A stretch of 64,000 bases of DNA from contig JBLDXI010000020.1 in assembly GCA_047495785.1 (NCBI GenBank), positions 2,542,001 to 2,606,000 on the forward strand, in the 5' to 3' direction. This DNA is from Lepidodermella squamata. Its lineage: Eukaryota; Animalia; Gastrotricha. The position numbers and the translations under genes are program-made. The first letter of the stretch is position 1. The number at the start of each line of letters is the position of its first letter. Shown piece by piece: positions 12,567 to 25,056 of this stretch. The notes under the pieces are model-generated. The model was given only the letters and a program-made list of their open reading frames with translations, had not been told where the DNA came from and searched no databases.

Positions 12567-13453
12567 TTAAACAAGCAGCACCGCGTTGATACAGCCGTCG
12601 TTCTCGGGGTTGTTCGTCACTTGAGCATACTTACCCCACACGACCTTACCACTCTGCGTGACGAGACCCAGCTCGGAAACATTCACTTCAATAATCGTGC
12701 CCTTAGTTATCACTCCAAGCGATGTGTAAAGCGGCGAATTCGGATTCTTTTTCACACCGATAATCGGAAGAGAAAACGTAGCTTTCAACTCAGGGTGGGT
12801 GACGTGAGCAGTTTTGAAACGAAGACCCATAGGGCGGATGAAGCGCTCGAATTTTGCCGGTTTTCGGGTGAATCCCTCACCAACATAGCAAACCTTGGTG
12901 ATCATTCTCTTCCAGGCCTTCTCTGTAAATTAATAAAATTGTGAAAAACGTTTGAATTGAATATTTTCTACGAACTTTTCCGTTTTCCAGTTCTGATGAC
13001 CTGGAAAGCCTCAGCTTCACTCACAGCACGAACTTTCGGCAGTGGAACTTCCCATTTACCGGCCTTTTCTTTACGCTTCTGCTTGATTGAATTCGATAGA
13101 ATCTTGGCTCTCGACTGCTCTTCACGATCAAGAAGATACACGGGAACAGCACCGTCTTTCGCGACATCGCCAACTCGTTGTCGCGTTTCGCGTTCCTCGT
13201 GCATTTTGATTGTCTTCTTCATCTGAATCTTTTCAGAGAAGCGGCGCTGGTTGTAAATCTTGGCCTTAATACCACGCAGCTTCTTCGCCATGGCCGCGCG
13301 ATCGTGCGGCTCACGAGCCTCCTTTTTCCTCTTCTTTTCATGGTGATCGTATCTGAAACCGTAACGCTTCTGGTGAAGCTCGATATGTTCGTTTTGCGGC
13401 TAAAATACCATAATTTACTAATTAATCTGATTGAGGCAACATGATCTTACCAT
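12567..13453 (-). CDS. NSA2: Ribosome biogenesis protein NSA2; first coding exon is the ATG alone
   Basis: ATG|GTAAGA...TTTTAG|[14 protein letters not shown]; [13 protein letters not shown]; ends [23 protein letters not shown]. Confidence 0.96.
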
Positions 13454-13561
13454 TTCGCCAGCGGGTTCGAAAACTTAACAAAACTAAACTATAACTAAAT
13501 ACCTATATTCAACACAAATTTGAAATATAAAGCTTTCTTCATAATAGAATCAGAACAAAGT

Positions 13562-14533
13562 TCAACGTTCAAGGTTTTCGAAAACGGCCAAGGTATTGCG
13601 ATGAATGGTTTCGGCGAGATCATCAGGGCTGACACCATCTGATTCGCAGCGAAGCTTGCACAGCACATCAAAAACGTCAGTGATCTTCGATGGTTCATTG
13701 CGACCGCGAACCAAGCAATCCTTCTGCCATTTCTCGGCGTGACAAAGTTTGGGCTTTACCTTCTGATCTAATAACTTATGAGAAACATGGCTAGGCCTGA
13801 TTTCGCAATAAGGAGCATCAGTTTCGAGCATGATGCGATTCAGCGGGATCTTTTTCACCACATCAAGGTTTTCGTCGGTTTTCAACGAGCAGCCGTTGAC
13901 ACCAATGTAGAGACCTAAATCGAGCAAAGCTTGACACTCAGCCCACGAACCAGTGAAAGAATGGACTACACCATTCAAGAACAAATCGCGATACTTTCTC
14001 ATTAGGTCGATGAAATCACTTTCCGCAGCTCGGCAGTGTAAGAAGAGCGGTAACGGTTTGATGCTACCGTGACCTTTGCCAAATTTAGCAACTATCTCCT
14101 TCAACTGGGTCTCGAATCCCGCAATTTGGGTAGGTTTGTCGCTGAAATGAAGACGATCGTAATCAAGACCGAATTCGCCAATGGCAGATACGTATTTTCC
14201 ATTCTCCACTATCAATTGCGATAGATCTTCAATATACTGAGCATTGACGTTCCCACCGGATGAAAATTCGCTGGTTCTAGTGGGATGGCATCCGACAGTA
14301 CATGACAGCTTCAACGGGGCTGCAGACACAGCAAATTCCTGACATAACTCAATAGCAATTTTGCTCTCATGTAAACTTCCGCCAGTAACGACAATATGTG
14401 TCATGCCGATTCCCGATGCTCGCTTGACGACATCAAGAAAATCATCAATATGCTTTTGTTTTCCATGGTACAAACCTCGAAACACTGGATCGGTCAAGTT
14501 AGCCCCAATATCAATAAACTTACGCAAAGCCAT
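13562..14533 (-). CDS. TATDN1: TatD-family deoxyribonuclease, intronless CDS
   Basis: FIDIGANLTDPVFRG, TVGCHPT, AIGEFGLDYDRL, PLFLHCR, GVVHSFTG, LETDAPYC, RNEP. Confidence 0.95.
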   Translation of the reverse strand: MALRKFIDIGANLTDPVFRGLYHGKQKHIDDFLDVVKRASGIGMTHIVVTGGSLHESKIAIELCQEFAVSAAPLKLSCTVGCHPTRTSEFSSGGNVNAQYIEDLSQLIVENGKYVSAIGEFGLDYDRLHFSDKPTQIAGFETQLKEIVAKFGKGHGSIKPLPLFLHCRAAESDFIDLMRKYRDLFLNGVVHSFTGSWAECQALLDLGLYIGVNGCSLKTDENLDVVKKIPLNRIMLETDAPYCEIRPSHVSHKLLDQKVKPKLCHAEKWQKDCLVRGRNEPSKITDVFDVLCKLRCESDGVSPDDLAETIHRNTLAVFENLER

Positions 14534-15249
14534 GGAATATAAATTACAAGTGCAGAAGTACGAACCCTAAAGAAATCAGGATACAGGAATTTGAAGCAAG
14601 AACAAAAAGAGGATCTCTCTTTCTTACAGCATAAAAGAATCAGGGAAAAGAGAAAAGCATCGAGATCGCAAATCGGCCTGAATTTCCTGTTCAACGATAA
14701 GGTCTGAAAGGTTCAATGGAAGACGGAAGCAATGATGTGCCAAAAAAACAAAGGAGAGATGTGTGCGTTGTGTGTTGATGCGCGATGCACGGTGTTCGAA
14801 ACGATTTGAGAATAAAGAAGCCGTAAAAAAATCACCCGCACAAAAGTGATCAATTCGTTTTGACGTCATTTAATTATTTAGTCGTCGTATTCAAAGTAAT
14901 ATAGGACGAAATCACTAAATTTGCGCATATTCTAATATGATTTCAGATATTACCGATCGACTGCGATCGCCTTTCTCTGGCGTTCTTTCGTTCAAGCCTC
15001 GGTTTTTGCGGTTTTTGCTCTCCATGGCTACCTCTTTCTTAGCATCGCTCCCTGAAAGACGTGAGCTCCTAGTCAAAGTGATGATATTTCAAGCTATTCA
15101 TGCAGAAATATCCACAAGAATTGCGTCATCTAAAGCTCGTGTCTCGATCGATCGTGTTATGGTCACCTCTCTTGAATTTAGGATTCCCAAGTTTTTGGAC
15201 TACTTACTAAATAAGCAATCCACGCCGCTCCGTACTTGGTGATTTAAAG

Positions 15250-15298
15250 AAGGAGCTGAGCTCAAAAAGGAGCTGAGCTCTAACGGAGCTGAGCTCCC
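15250..15298. repeat. Three tandem copies of GGAGCTGAGCTC (17 nt period)
   Basis: aaggagctgagctc aaa aaggagctgagctc taa cggagctgagctc, seen directly in the TATDN1/CHSY1 divergent region. Confidence 0.7.
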
Positions 15299-15319
15299 TG
15301 AATACCGCGCACGGTCAAG

Positions 15320-15626
15320 TCAAAGGCCAAGTTCATGGAACAATGTCGGTTTTACTACCAAAATATAGATCGTTCAATTCTCTATCGATCGAATGTAGAT
15401 TTCTCGATCGAAAAAATCAACCAGAAAAAGTTTTACGCCCATGCTAGATTGCGTATTTAAGTGTGCATATCGCTTGAGAGTGCGCGCAAATGGCATTAAT
15501 TTATTTACCAACTTAACTTTTTTTGTTTAGTTTTTCGAGCGGCAAACCTATATTCAGTCGATAGAGAATTGAACGATCTATATTTTGGTAGTAAAACCGA
15601 CATTGCTCCATGAACTTGGCCTTTGA
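15320..15626. mobile_element. MITE / foldback element with ~105 bp terminal inverted repeats
   Basis: tcaaaggccaagttcatggaacaatgtcggtttttactaccaaaatatagatcgttcaattctctatcga is mirrored by tcgatagagaattgaacgatctatattttggtagtaaaaccgacattgctccatgaacttggcctttga; a further TIR fragment lies at ~15814-15826. Confidence 0.8.
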
Positions 15627-15858
15627 AGTTTATGAAGTTTATATAATGAAGTTGCGAAGCCACAAGCCGGTAGGTTTTCCGCGCGGTGAGGCATCCGGCG
15701 TTGTACTCTTTATAATCTAAACTAATACAATTCATCTGTTTGATGATCGGTTGGGTGGAGTTTGTTGAGTCATGAATAACTTTTTCTGTTTTCCTAGAAT
15801 CTTGCAAAATTTACCATGAACTTGGCGTGATACGCAATGTGCCTTCTAGTTCTATTTG

Positions 15859-18225
15859 ATGCCAAGCAAAGATACAGTCAACTTGATTCGTCCTTCTAGT
15901 CCTTCGTCATCAAAGTCTTCTCGCAGCTCAATGTCGCGATCATCGGTGCATAATCTATGTTGCTGCCTGGCAATAGTCGTTGGCATTGTCGCTGGTTTCT
16001 GCATTACCACATGGATTCGATCCACTCTTGTGCCTTGCCTGCTCAATCTACAGTATTACGCCGAAGACTTCGACCCTGGTGCCTTTTTGTTTTTAAAAGC
16101 TAGCCACGATCATGAATCTAAACACGATCACTCTCAAGATGAACTCATATCTACGCCTCGATTGAGGGTGCTATTCGGCGTAATGACTGCCGAAAAGTAT
16201 CTTGAAGACAGGGCCGGTGCTATCATGAATTCCTGGCGAAAGTCTATCCCACCTGGCTCCGACGTAGTTTTTTATGTTGGCTCCAACAGCTCTGCACCAT
16301 CAATGGGTCTTCCATCTGTTCGTCTAAGAGATGTCGACGACACCTATCCACCGCAGCGGAAATCGTTCTACATGCTTAAACATTTTTACGAGCACGGAGT
16401 CGGTAAATACGACTGGTTTGTCCGCATCGACGACGATGGTTTCATTAACGTCGACAATTTATATCGTTTTCTAAGTTCACTCGATTCTACCAGGCCACTT
16501 TATCTCGGCCAAGCTGGTTTCGGCCGGAAACACGAAATCGGGAAAATGGGCTTGAAAGAGAACGAGAACTATTGCATGGGTGGAACTGGAATGGTATTCA
16601 GCCGGAGGACGATCGAATTATTAGCGCCTCATATTGAAAACTGCCTTGCTAATTTGGTAACTGATCATGAAGATGTTGAAGTCGGCCGATGTATCGCTCG
16701 TTTCGTCGGTGTAACCTGTACCTGGGCTCTTGAAGCCCAGCACTTCTTCTACAACAGCTACATAACACCTGTTGAAAAAGCCTACGCTGGAGATGTAAAT
16801 TTTCTGGATGCCAGACGAGCATTCATCCTTCATCCTGTTAAATTGGGCGTTTACCAGTACCGCCTAGCTTGGATAAGTGCCTTGAATCGGGCGAAACAGC
16901 TACGTCATCGTCTTTCGAATACAAAACGAAGGTTGGAACAAGTTGAATCTTTAAAGCAGGACAAAATTCATCCTTTGAATACGTATGGTTCGACAGCTGA
17001 TAGAAACACCGTAAAATCATGGGATTTCTTCGATAAAGCAGTTTCGTCGATTAGCAACGAAAATCCCAGGTTTTACATGGATTCTGCTTTGAAACTAGCC
17101 GTTCGTGAGATGAACATTCAACTTCTCGAGCTATTGAATCAAAACGCATCAGGTCGCGGTCGAGTCATTGAGTACCGCGATGTTTACTACGCTTTTCGTC
17201 GCGTTCATCCACTGTTGGGTGTCGATCACGTTTTAGATATTCTTCTGAGATATCGGCGTGTTGTTGGCGATCGGCCGCTCTCAATGGCAGTTCGACGTCA
17301 TTCCTACTTCCGCCAATCGTATGCAGTGCCAGAGGTCCGTGAACAGGCTTCGATTTTAATGAACCCAGGTGCCGAACAAAAACGTGTTAATTTTATCCTA
17401 CCACTAGCTGGTCGTTTCAAAACCTTTGTTCGATTTATGAAAATTTTCGAAACCGCGTTTCTATCTACGAAAGAAAACATTTCTCTAACAGTCATTTTAT
17501 TCTCAAGTGGCGTTGAAGATGACGATTTGTCGATAAAAGACTTTTTCGATACCGTCAAAATCAAGTACCCGCAAGCGATAATTTCCCTGCAAACCCGGCC
17601 GAAAGGTGAGCCGTTTTCGCGCGGTGTCGGACTTCAGCTGGGCGCGAAATTATTTGGCCCTCATGATTTGTTGTTTTTCGTCGATGTTGACATCGCATTG
17701 TCCCAGCCGCTTTTGTACCGAGTAAGGACGTTGGTTCAATTTAACGAGTCGGTGTACATGCCTATTGTATTTTCCGAGTACGATCCGGCCTATTCTTGCC
17801 ACCAACCTGCTTGTCCTGCAATTTCGGACGGGGCTGGTTATTGGCGCCAGTACGGGTTTGGAATAGCCGCCATGTATGGCGGGGAATTGGACCGGGCGGG
17901 TGGTTTTGACACGTCAATTCAAGGGTGGGGCAAAGAGGACGTTGATTTGTGCGAAAAGCTGCTAAAAACCGGAGTTTCAGTGATGCGATCTCCGGAGCCG
18001 TCGTTAGTCCACCGTTTCCACCCGGTTCAGTGTTCAAATAGCAACGGAATGGATGCGCAAAAGCGGGCAATGTGCGAGGGTACCAGGCTGTCAGGTTTTG
18101 GCGATCGAAGGACATTGGCGAGGTTGTTACTTCAGTTGGGCATTGTCCACCAGCCTCAGCAATCGTCACTTTCCAATAGCGATGTCGAGCAAGGGGGAGC
18201 GCCTCCGTTAGCCGAAGCTGCCTAA
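15859..18225 (+). CDS. CHSY1: Chondroitin sulfate synthase 1, type II Golgi membrane glycosyltransferase, intronless
   Basis: N-terminal TM; GVMTAEKYL, DDTYPPQRKSF, WFVRIDDD, YCMGGTG, HEDVEVGRC (Fringe-like domain); FSRGVGL, FFVDVD, GWGKEDVDL (GalNAc-T domain). Confidence 0.95.
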   Translation: MPSKDTVNLIRPSSPSSSKSSRSSMSRSSVHNLCCCLAIVVGIVAGFCITTWIRSTLVPCLLNLQYYAEDFDPGAFLFLKASHDHESKHDHSQDELISTPRLRVLFGVMTAEKYLEDRAGAIMNSWRKSIPPGSDVVFYVGSNSSAPSMGLPSVRLRDVDDTYPPQRKSFYMLKHFYEHGVGKYDWFVRIDDDGFINVDNLYRFLSSLDSTRPLYLGQAGFGRKHEIGKMGLKENENYCMGGTGMVFSRRTIELLAPHIENCLANLVTDHEDVEVGRCIARFVGVTCTWALEAQHFFYNSYITPVEKAYAGDVNFLDARRAFILHPVKLGVYQYRLAWISALNRAKQLRHRLSNTKRRLEQVESLKQDKIHPLNTYGSTADRNTVKSWDFFDKAVSSISNENPRFYMDSALKLAVREMNIQLLELLNQNASGRGRVIEYRDVYYAFRRVHPLLGVDHVLDILLRYRRVVGDRPLSMAVRRHSYFRQSYAVPEVREQASILMNPGAEQKRVNFILPLAGRFKTFVRFMKIFETAFLSTKENISLTVILFSSGVEDDDLSIKDFFDTVKIKYPQAIISLQTRPKGEPFSRGVGLQLGAKLFGPHDLLFFVDVDIALSQPLLYRVRTLVQFNESVYMPIVFSEYDPAYSCHQPACPAISDGAGYWRQYGFGIAAMYGGELDRAGGFDTSIQGWGKEDVDLCEKLLKTGVSVMRSPEPSLVHRFHPVQCSNSNGMDAQKRAMCEGTRLSGFGDRRTLARLLLQLGIVHQPQQSSLSNSDVEQGGAPPLAEAA

Positions 18226-20267
18226 TCACTGTTTCAAAAGGTGCTCAAGTTTGGCGAGTCTAGTCGTTACGATGAATAAATTCCCAAATATATCGTAGAA
18301 TCGTTGATGAATCTTTCAAGTTATGATATTTCGTTTTACTTCTATTGTTTTGATGATCTTGAGATACGTTCGTATTAAACGCTGTAATCGTAGTAATATC
18401 GTTTCATTTTACGACGAACATTTTTCCACAAGATCTGCGTAGTCGAGACCTGTTACCTGTACCTTTGTATATTTTAGCCAAATCGCTTTCCTAATTTTTG
18501 TTGCCTATATATAATTTCGAAACTGATCGAGCGTTGTTGCCAATGAAGTAACTGATTATCGAATAAATCATTCAGTTATTCTAAAATTGTAAAGGATATT
18601 AATATTATATTGGATGATTGAATATCTTTTGATTCGAACTCGCGCTTTCTATGATGATGATGATGAGACGATCCAAAGTAATAATTTAATAAATGATAAA
18701 CAACTGACAATTGCAACGGAGACCTTGTTTTTGAAATAATTCTTCAGAGGGTACTTTCCGGTGAGAAATTGAACATATCACAGCGACTTCAATTTTAGCT
18801 CGCCGTGTTCCACATATTCAATTCGGCCAAGCATTTTGCAACAGGCCACGGGCCTAAAATGTAAGACGGTTTTGCCGTAAAATTATACACATGCATGTGA
18901 TTTTGCGATCGCAGTAATTCTCAATTTTAGGACGAAAGCAACAAAACTAAGCGAGTAAATACTGTCAGACTTGTACAGTAACTTTGACATGCCATGATGG
19001 GGCGACTTTGGTTAAGCAAATCTGTTAGATACCATAAGTAAATTTTATCTAGTACCATATTTAACTCATTTGTCCGTCATCTTTAGTTGAACCCTCTCGT
19101 TCAGGGTCAATAAAAAGTCTGCTAAAATTCACTCTGTTGCACACACCCTGCCGGGCAAGGTTGCTAATCAGAGCGCCCGTAGGTACGTCGCAGTACGATC
19201 AGGGGGGGGCCAAAGGCCTTGCCACCTTCGAGATTTCCTTAACCAAAATCGTCCAATCAAAAGTTTACAACAGGTTACAAAGGTACAGGTAGCTCACTAT
19301 GCGCTCTCTTGAAAGTACCGAACAATTGAGACAGAAATTGCACTGCTTTTTCTCACATTTCAATGTATTCTATTTTGTTCAGTTTTTGTTTTTCATATTA
19401 TTTTATCTTGAATCGAAAACAAAAGAATCGAATTATCTGCCCGCTTTGTGACCACAGCACGGTTAACCTTAACAATGAACGTTCATGATGTACTTGAGCG
19501 TTTGCATAAATAAATAAATTAGATTCAATCTAATATTTCCAACGGCTCTTATTTGAACTCTGAAAGAGAACTCTGTTTTGCGGCAATGTATCAGGTTTCA
19601 GGTTAATTGCATCGGCTCAGTTTTCCCAGAAATTTTATCGTCATGGAGTATACTCGAGTCGCGAAGCCCCAGCTTTTTGCTAACTTTCCGATTAATTATC
19701 GGCGTCGAACGTTTGGACGTTTCCCTAATAACTCCGATCCTCGAGAGCACAAGATTCAATGTTGAAGGGTTCAAATCTGGAGCGGTTGCTAATTTCTTCA
19801 TTCAGCCCGCTGTTTTTCTCTCCAAATTTATATATTTGTTCGAAATAGCAAATGGAAAATAGATCATTCGGACGTAAGCCTACTTTTTACCAATGAGTGT
19901 GTTTCACCAAAACTTTTAACAGCCACACGAATGGTCATGAAGTTTGAACAATTCTTCAATATTTGTGCATATAGCTTCCTCGTCTTGTTTCGAAGAAGCG
20001 GACTTGAAACGCTTCGGTAGGTCAATATCATTCAATTTACTTCTTCCCAATGAAGAACCAAAGTAATAAAACTTATAGTTATAATTCTTGGAAAAGGCGT
20101 ACAACCACAGTATTACAGGATTCCACCGAAAAAGCTCGAAAAGCAAGCTTTAATAATATTAATAATAGCGTCACAAGGACAAGACGTTCAACATGCCAAG
20201 AAATTACAACCATAATATGAAAAATTGACGCCATTAAAAAAATTGGAATTTTTTTTCATCGCTTTGG

Positions 20268-21930
20268 TCACGAAATCGCAGCCGTTACGCCATTTGTTGA
20301 TACCGCAGTTGAACACCTGAGAACATCACTGTCCTTTTGGCGAGAAAACACCGTTTTCCAAAACAGCCCACGAGCAACAAGCACTTGGGCATAATTCAGG
20401 ACGTCAACAGCCGGTGCAACCGGTTCATCGCCGTGTCGAAAGTGGAAAACAATCGCTACAGCCCAGACAATTTCGCCCAACAGCAGTACGGCATTCAAAA
20501 TCAACGATGCGACAAACCAATAACCAGGTGCTGCGTTGATAAACAACTGAAAAAATAGAATTAACAGGTGGTTTTTGCGGTTATTTTTGTTTGTTTGTTC
20601 TCATTACCAAACAAGACGCAGTGAGATGCATTAGGACGACTAGGGTGGTTTGAAGCCACCATGGCATGCGTTTTCGTTCGCGCTCAGCTGCAGACGGCGC
20701 GCGGTGAAGAGCGTCGAACATGATGATAGACCAGCATATGTGGTGAAAGACGAAAATAAGGCCGAGTAGGACGGTAACGATGGGCAATTGAAATCGCGGG
20801 TCTTTAATAGCATAACCAGCAGGGCCGACCAGGGCGGATAGGGCGTTTATAACGTGGAAACAGCAGCTTACAGTTCCGAAACCGAACCCGCACACTAGAA
20901 AGCAACCACAGAAACAATTTAATAAAATTAAAAATCCGCCGTCTTTGGCACCATTTCAATGAGTAATTGAACCAAAAAATTTTCCTCAATTATAAATTCT
21001 ACTTCAGGCAATTCCTAAAGTGGGCAAATATCAAGATTTGTTTTATCTGTCGCCCAATCTATAATTGAGCAATTTATTAGAAATTGAGAGCTAGTTTTCT
21101 ACTGTGTTTTTTTGAAGCAGTTTAACAGTTTAAATTTTAAACACCAAACGAGATTTTTTTAAACACCAAAAATGGCACAATTTGGCCGAAATCGCAGGAA
21201 TAACGGTCCTCATCCCCGAATTACACTCCGAAACCGCAATTTTAAACACCAAATCGATCCTTAAAATACACGCTGTTTTCTACCATAGAAAATATCAGGT
21301 GAACGAATAAGCTCAACGTTCCTTAGAAAATTTAGCAAATTACAGTCGGAAAAGATCAAGAAGCCGACGGGCGTCTGAAATTTTCAAAATTTGAATTGCC
21401 TCGAATTAAAACCTTGCTCCACAGTGCTCGATAGTTTCCCATCTGTTTAGTATTCAATTATGACGATTCAACATACCAAAAGCCATGGAATGCCGGTTAG
21501 TTACAACATCCGAGCCGCCGGTAAATCGCTCAACCCCAACCAGTTTGTTCAATTCATCAATTCCACGCCTGTCAACATTAGTTCAAAGTATTTGTTAAAT
21601 ATCGAGCTTTTTCTGAACTCACTTCATTAGTTTATATAGAGCAACCCGCATCCCTTCTTGAAAAAGGACGGCGAAAATGACTGAGAACACCATGACCTCG
21701 CGAAGGGGGACAACGGCGAACCACCAGAGTGCCGATAGAAACAGGGCTAAGAGCCATATAAAAGCACTGAAAAAATCCATTTGAGTACTGTTCAGAGCGG
21801 TAATAAATCAAGATTACCTTGCGACGTAGATAATAACTTTGAGAGGATCAGGAGCCACGAATGTAACGAAAGCAGCAAATGTTGGCGAGAAACATATCAG
21901 AACATAGCCGACAAAGCCTGCTATTCCCAT
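20268..21930 (-). CDS. APH1: Gamma-secretase subunit Aph-1, multi-exon
   Basis: MGIAGFVGYVLICFSPTFAAF...DPLKVII, AFIWLLALFLSALWW, FQEGMR, GFGFGTVS (GxxxG), HICWSIIMF, MHLTASCL. Confidence 0.9.
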
Positions 21931-22405
21931 TTCCAATGCGGTAATTTCTAAAATAAACGAGAAATTTCATTAAAAAAAATTTGATATCGTATTTATTTGT
22001 ACATTCTTTACAAACACCATCAAAATCAGCGATAATCTGTATTTCTTCTTCTCAATATTCAATATCAATTTACGCCCATGGATAATCGATCAAGTAGTAG
22101 TTGCAAATATAATAATTATAGCGCGCCTTAGTGACCAGTAGAAACAATGACGACGTAAACCGAACAGATGTTTAGAGTTTAGATAGGTATGTGTATAACA
22201 AACGACGCAAATGTTCGATGGATAATGAACATTTCCACGGTCACAGCGTGAATAATCACTTATGGAACAATTCTTTCAAATTTCAGAAATTAAAATCACT
22301 CGCTTCCACCAGAAGCGTGAAATTTTCCAACTGCGATGCTTGAAGCCTCGACTAATAAGTTGAGCAATTATAATGGCAATATTGTTTCCAGCTGTTTGTT
22401 TGTTA

Positions 22406-24202
22406 TCAGGTCGTCATGACGGGCGAAGACTTTCCGCCTGGCAGAAAGCGATCGGGTTGTGGTTGAGTTTGGGGTTGTCGAGAGAGAAAATCGATTGTTT
22501 CGTCTGGTCTGAGATTGTTGGCAACGCCGTTTCCAACAAAGCGATTTTTACGTTTCAAGTAATCGTCTTCTACACTTGGGAACAAGTTGAGACTTCGTTT
22601 TTCAGCTTCATATTCCGCCAATAAGCTATCCAGATTATACCTATTTCGATAAGTCTGAAAAATCCCAAGATAATGTTATGTTTTACATGTTTCCAAAAAA
22701 ATTACGTGGAAGAAATATTTAACGTGAGTTTCGCTTTTCGTGCCAATAAAATCGGCAATTAACTGGAAATTGGCGCCGTACTGACGGAATGCAGCAACAG
22801 CTAGGGACGTTTCTTGTTTTGACCATTGAGGTTCGGAATTAGTTGAAGGGGTTGATTGAGGGTTATTAACGCCATTTCCAGTCGCTGCTGGTGCTATCTG
22901 GCGGAAAGCTTGAATTCCGCCAACGAGTTGGCGTTTGAAATCACTGCATCTGTTCCTCTGCTGTTGGAGCCGATTCGAAGAAGCCGCTAATTCAGATCGA
23001 GTAGGGTCTAATGGGTCTGCGTTCGGGTGCGCATTTCGAGCAGAGGCAAGAGCCGCAAGTTCTTCCAATCGAAGATGTAAACCTCGAGGAGGCCTAGCAA
23101 ATGGAGCACGTTTGCCATTAGCAGTATTAGCCGGTGCGGCAGGGGGCTGAGGATTTGTCGGGTTGATCAGAGATGGTAGAACCTTAACTCTAGGATCAAG
23201 CAAGATTCCCGTTTGATACTTGGAACCAGAAGGCTGGAGACAAGTCGAAGATTCCGATTCAGTTTTCCCAGCTGTTATCGGAGCTGTTTCAGGTTTCACA
23301 GGTGGTGGTGCTGGGGGAGCCGTGGCAGAAAATGCACCGACATGGCTGGAACGTAAATTCATAGGAGTGAACGATGAAGAGCGCCTTTTATAACGCGAGT
23401 AATAGTAATCAACAAGTGAGCCCATAGCTTTATGAGGCAGTAGCTCGGCATACAAGTGAAAGCGCTTGTTGTGGATCTTATATGCCTCTATAAATTTGAA
23501 AATAAATTAAATCAATGATTAAAAGACTATCCAGCTCAAACCTTCGAAAAGCGCAACATCGTCTGTAGACCAGTTCTCAGCACTTGGCTCGAAGTTGACC
23601 AGGTCCTCCCTGGCGGAGTCGATATTGTAACTGTGCCACAGTAGAAGGCCAAGAGCCTAAATACAAGTACAGCGTGTGCGGAGCGACACTTCATTATTTT
23701 TAATCGAACCTGCTCTATGGTGAAATGATGCGTATCACATGCGAACTGTACGTAGTCGGAAACTGAATTTATAGGCTTCATAAAAACCAGTAATGAATCG
23801 AATAGTAAAATTACGTTGCTCTGAAGGTATCAAATCAACAGGTTTCCACAGTAAAACACCCTCTCGCGGATCGTCCTTGACCTTTGACGATAGCATAGGT
23901 TCTGGCACAAACGCTTGATAACCATCTCCAACGCGAATGCAAGTTTTGCTATACTCTGGGACGAGAAAACGAGGTTATGACAGTTTTACATTAATTACTA
24001 ACGGCTACAAACCGTCGTCATCATCATCGTCGATAACAGAACTAGACATATCGTCCGAGCCACTAAATGACGAAGATGCATCGCTCTTCCCGACGACAGA
24101 TATGCTCCTGCAATCATCGATGTCACCCGCATCCCCCTTGGCTTCTCCATCCACATCTGCTACCTTGGAATTCAGCAAGGCCAATACTTCATCATCCATC
24201 AT
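22406..24202 (-). CDS. RCOR: REST corepressor (CoREST): ELM2 + two SANT domains, multi-exon
   Basis: IRVGDGYQAFVP (ELM2), EQALGLLLWHSYNIDSAREDLVNF, SLVDYYY, RPPRGLHL, WSKQETSLAVAAFRQYGANFQLIADFIGTKS, YRNRYNLDSLLAEYEAE. Confidence 0.88.
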
Positions 24203-25056
24203 AAATCTATACGCAAGAAAGATTAACACTAACAATGCGCAATTCGATTTCAAAGGGGTTCCTTGGTTTTTTTAGGGACAAAAAAGTCAGCGGTCAGCTA
24301 GATGTTGAAATTATGAGATGGAAAATTAGAAATATAGGCAGATTCGAAGCGAATGTCGAACCTTCGCAATTTGTACTCAACACTCTACACACTCATTGCA
24401 TACTCATTCACACTGCTACCTGCCACCTGTCACCTACCGGCGCATCAACCAACATTCGAAGCTCCAAAGAGAAAAAGAACGAACAAGGTGGAGAAGCGCT
24501 GAAAAATTCCTGCGGCAAATTTAAAAGAAAACTACTTTGGGAAGATAGCTCTGAGTATAAAATATAACTTTTATCAGAACTGCAGAGTTTTGTAGGTAAT
24601 AATATACGTGAGATTTAAAAGGCTCCAGAAAATTTAATTGGGCAACTTGGGCGCTAAGTTGTTAGTGTTTTGATGACGTGACATGAACCGCGGGGCTGTC
24701 AATCCAGGCGAACCTAGCCTCTAGCCGGCAAGTGGCAAAGCCAAGAGGCCAATGTCTCGATAGCGTTGTTTTTATGTATCATACGATGTCCTATGTGCGT
24801 TTGCAGTTCGATTCCCGACAACCATAACTTGTTCACGTGTTTTATTGTTGTAGTTTATAGAGGTAGACTTTTGACCCCGATTCTCATGGGTACTAATTGT
24901 TGCTCTGCGATCCAGAACATTTTGGATATGCATCAGAAGTTCTTATTTCTTATCGTCGTTGTTCGTTATCAATTGCGAAATCACTTGTACACGCGGCGTT
25001 TGGTTGTCTATTATTCACTTGATTACTTATGCATTCCGGCTTTTTATTTGGTTAGG

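Noticed and set aside
18700-20200. Possible extra gene between CHSY1 and APH1
   Set aside because: Only short ORFs without recognisable motifs or a consistent splice chain.
24766-25056. 97-aa N-terminal extension of GTF2H4 in the ORF track
   Set aside because: Starts at TTG, shows no p52 similarity, and an acceptor-like TTAG sits just before the ATG at 25057.
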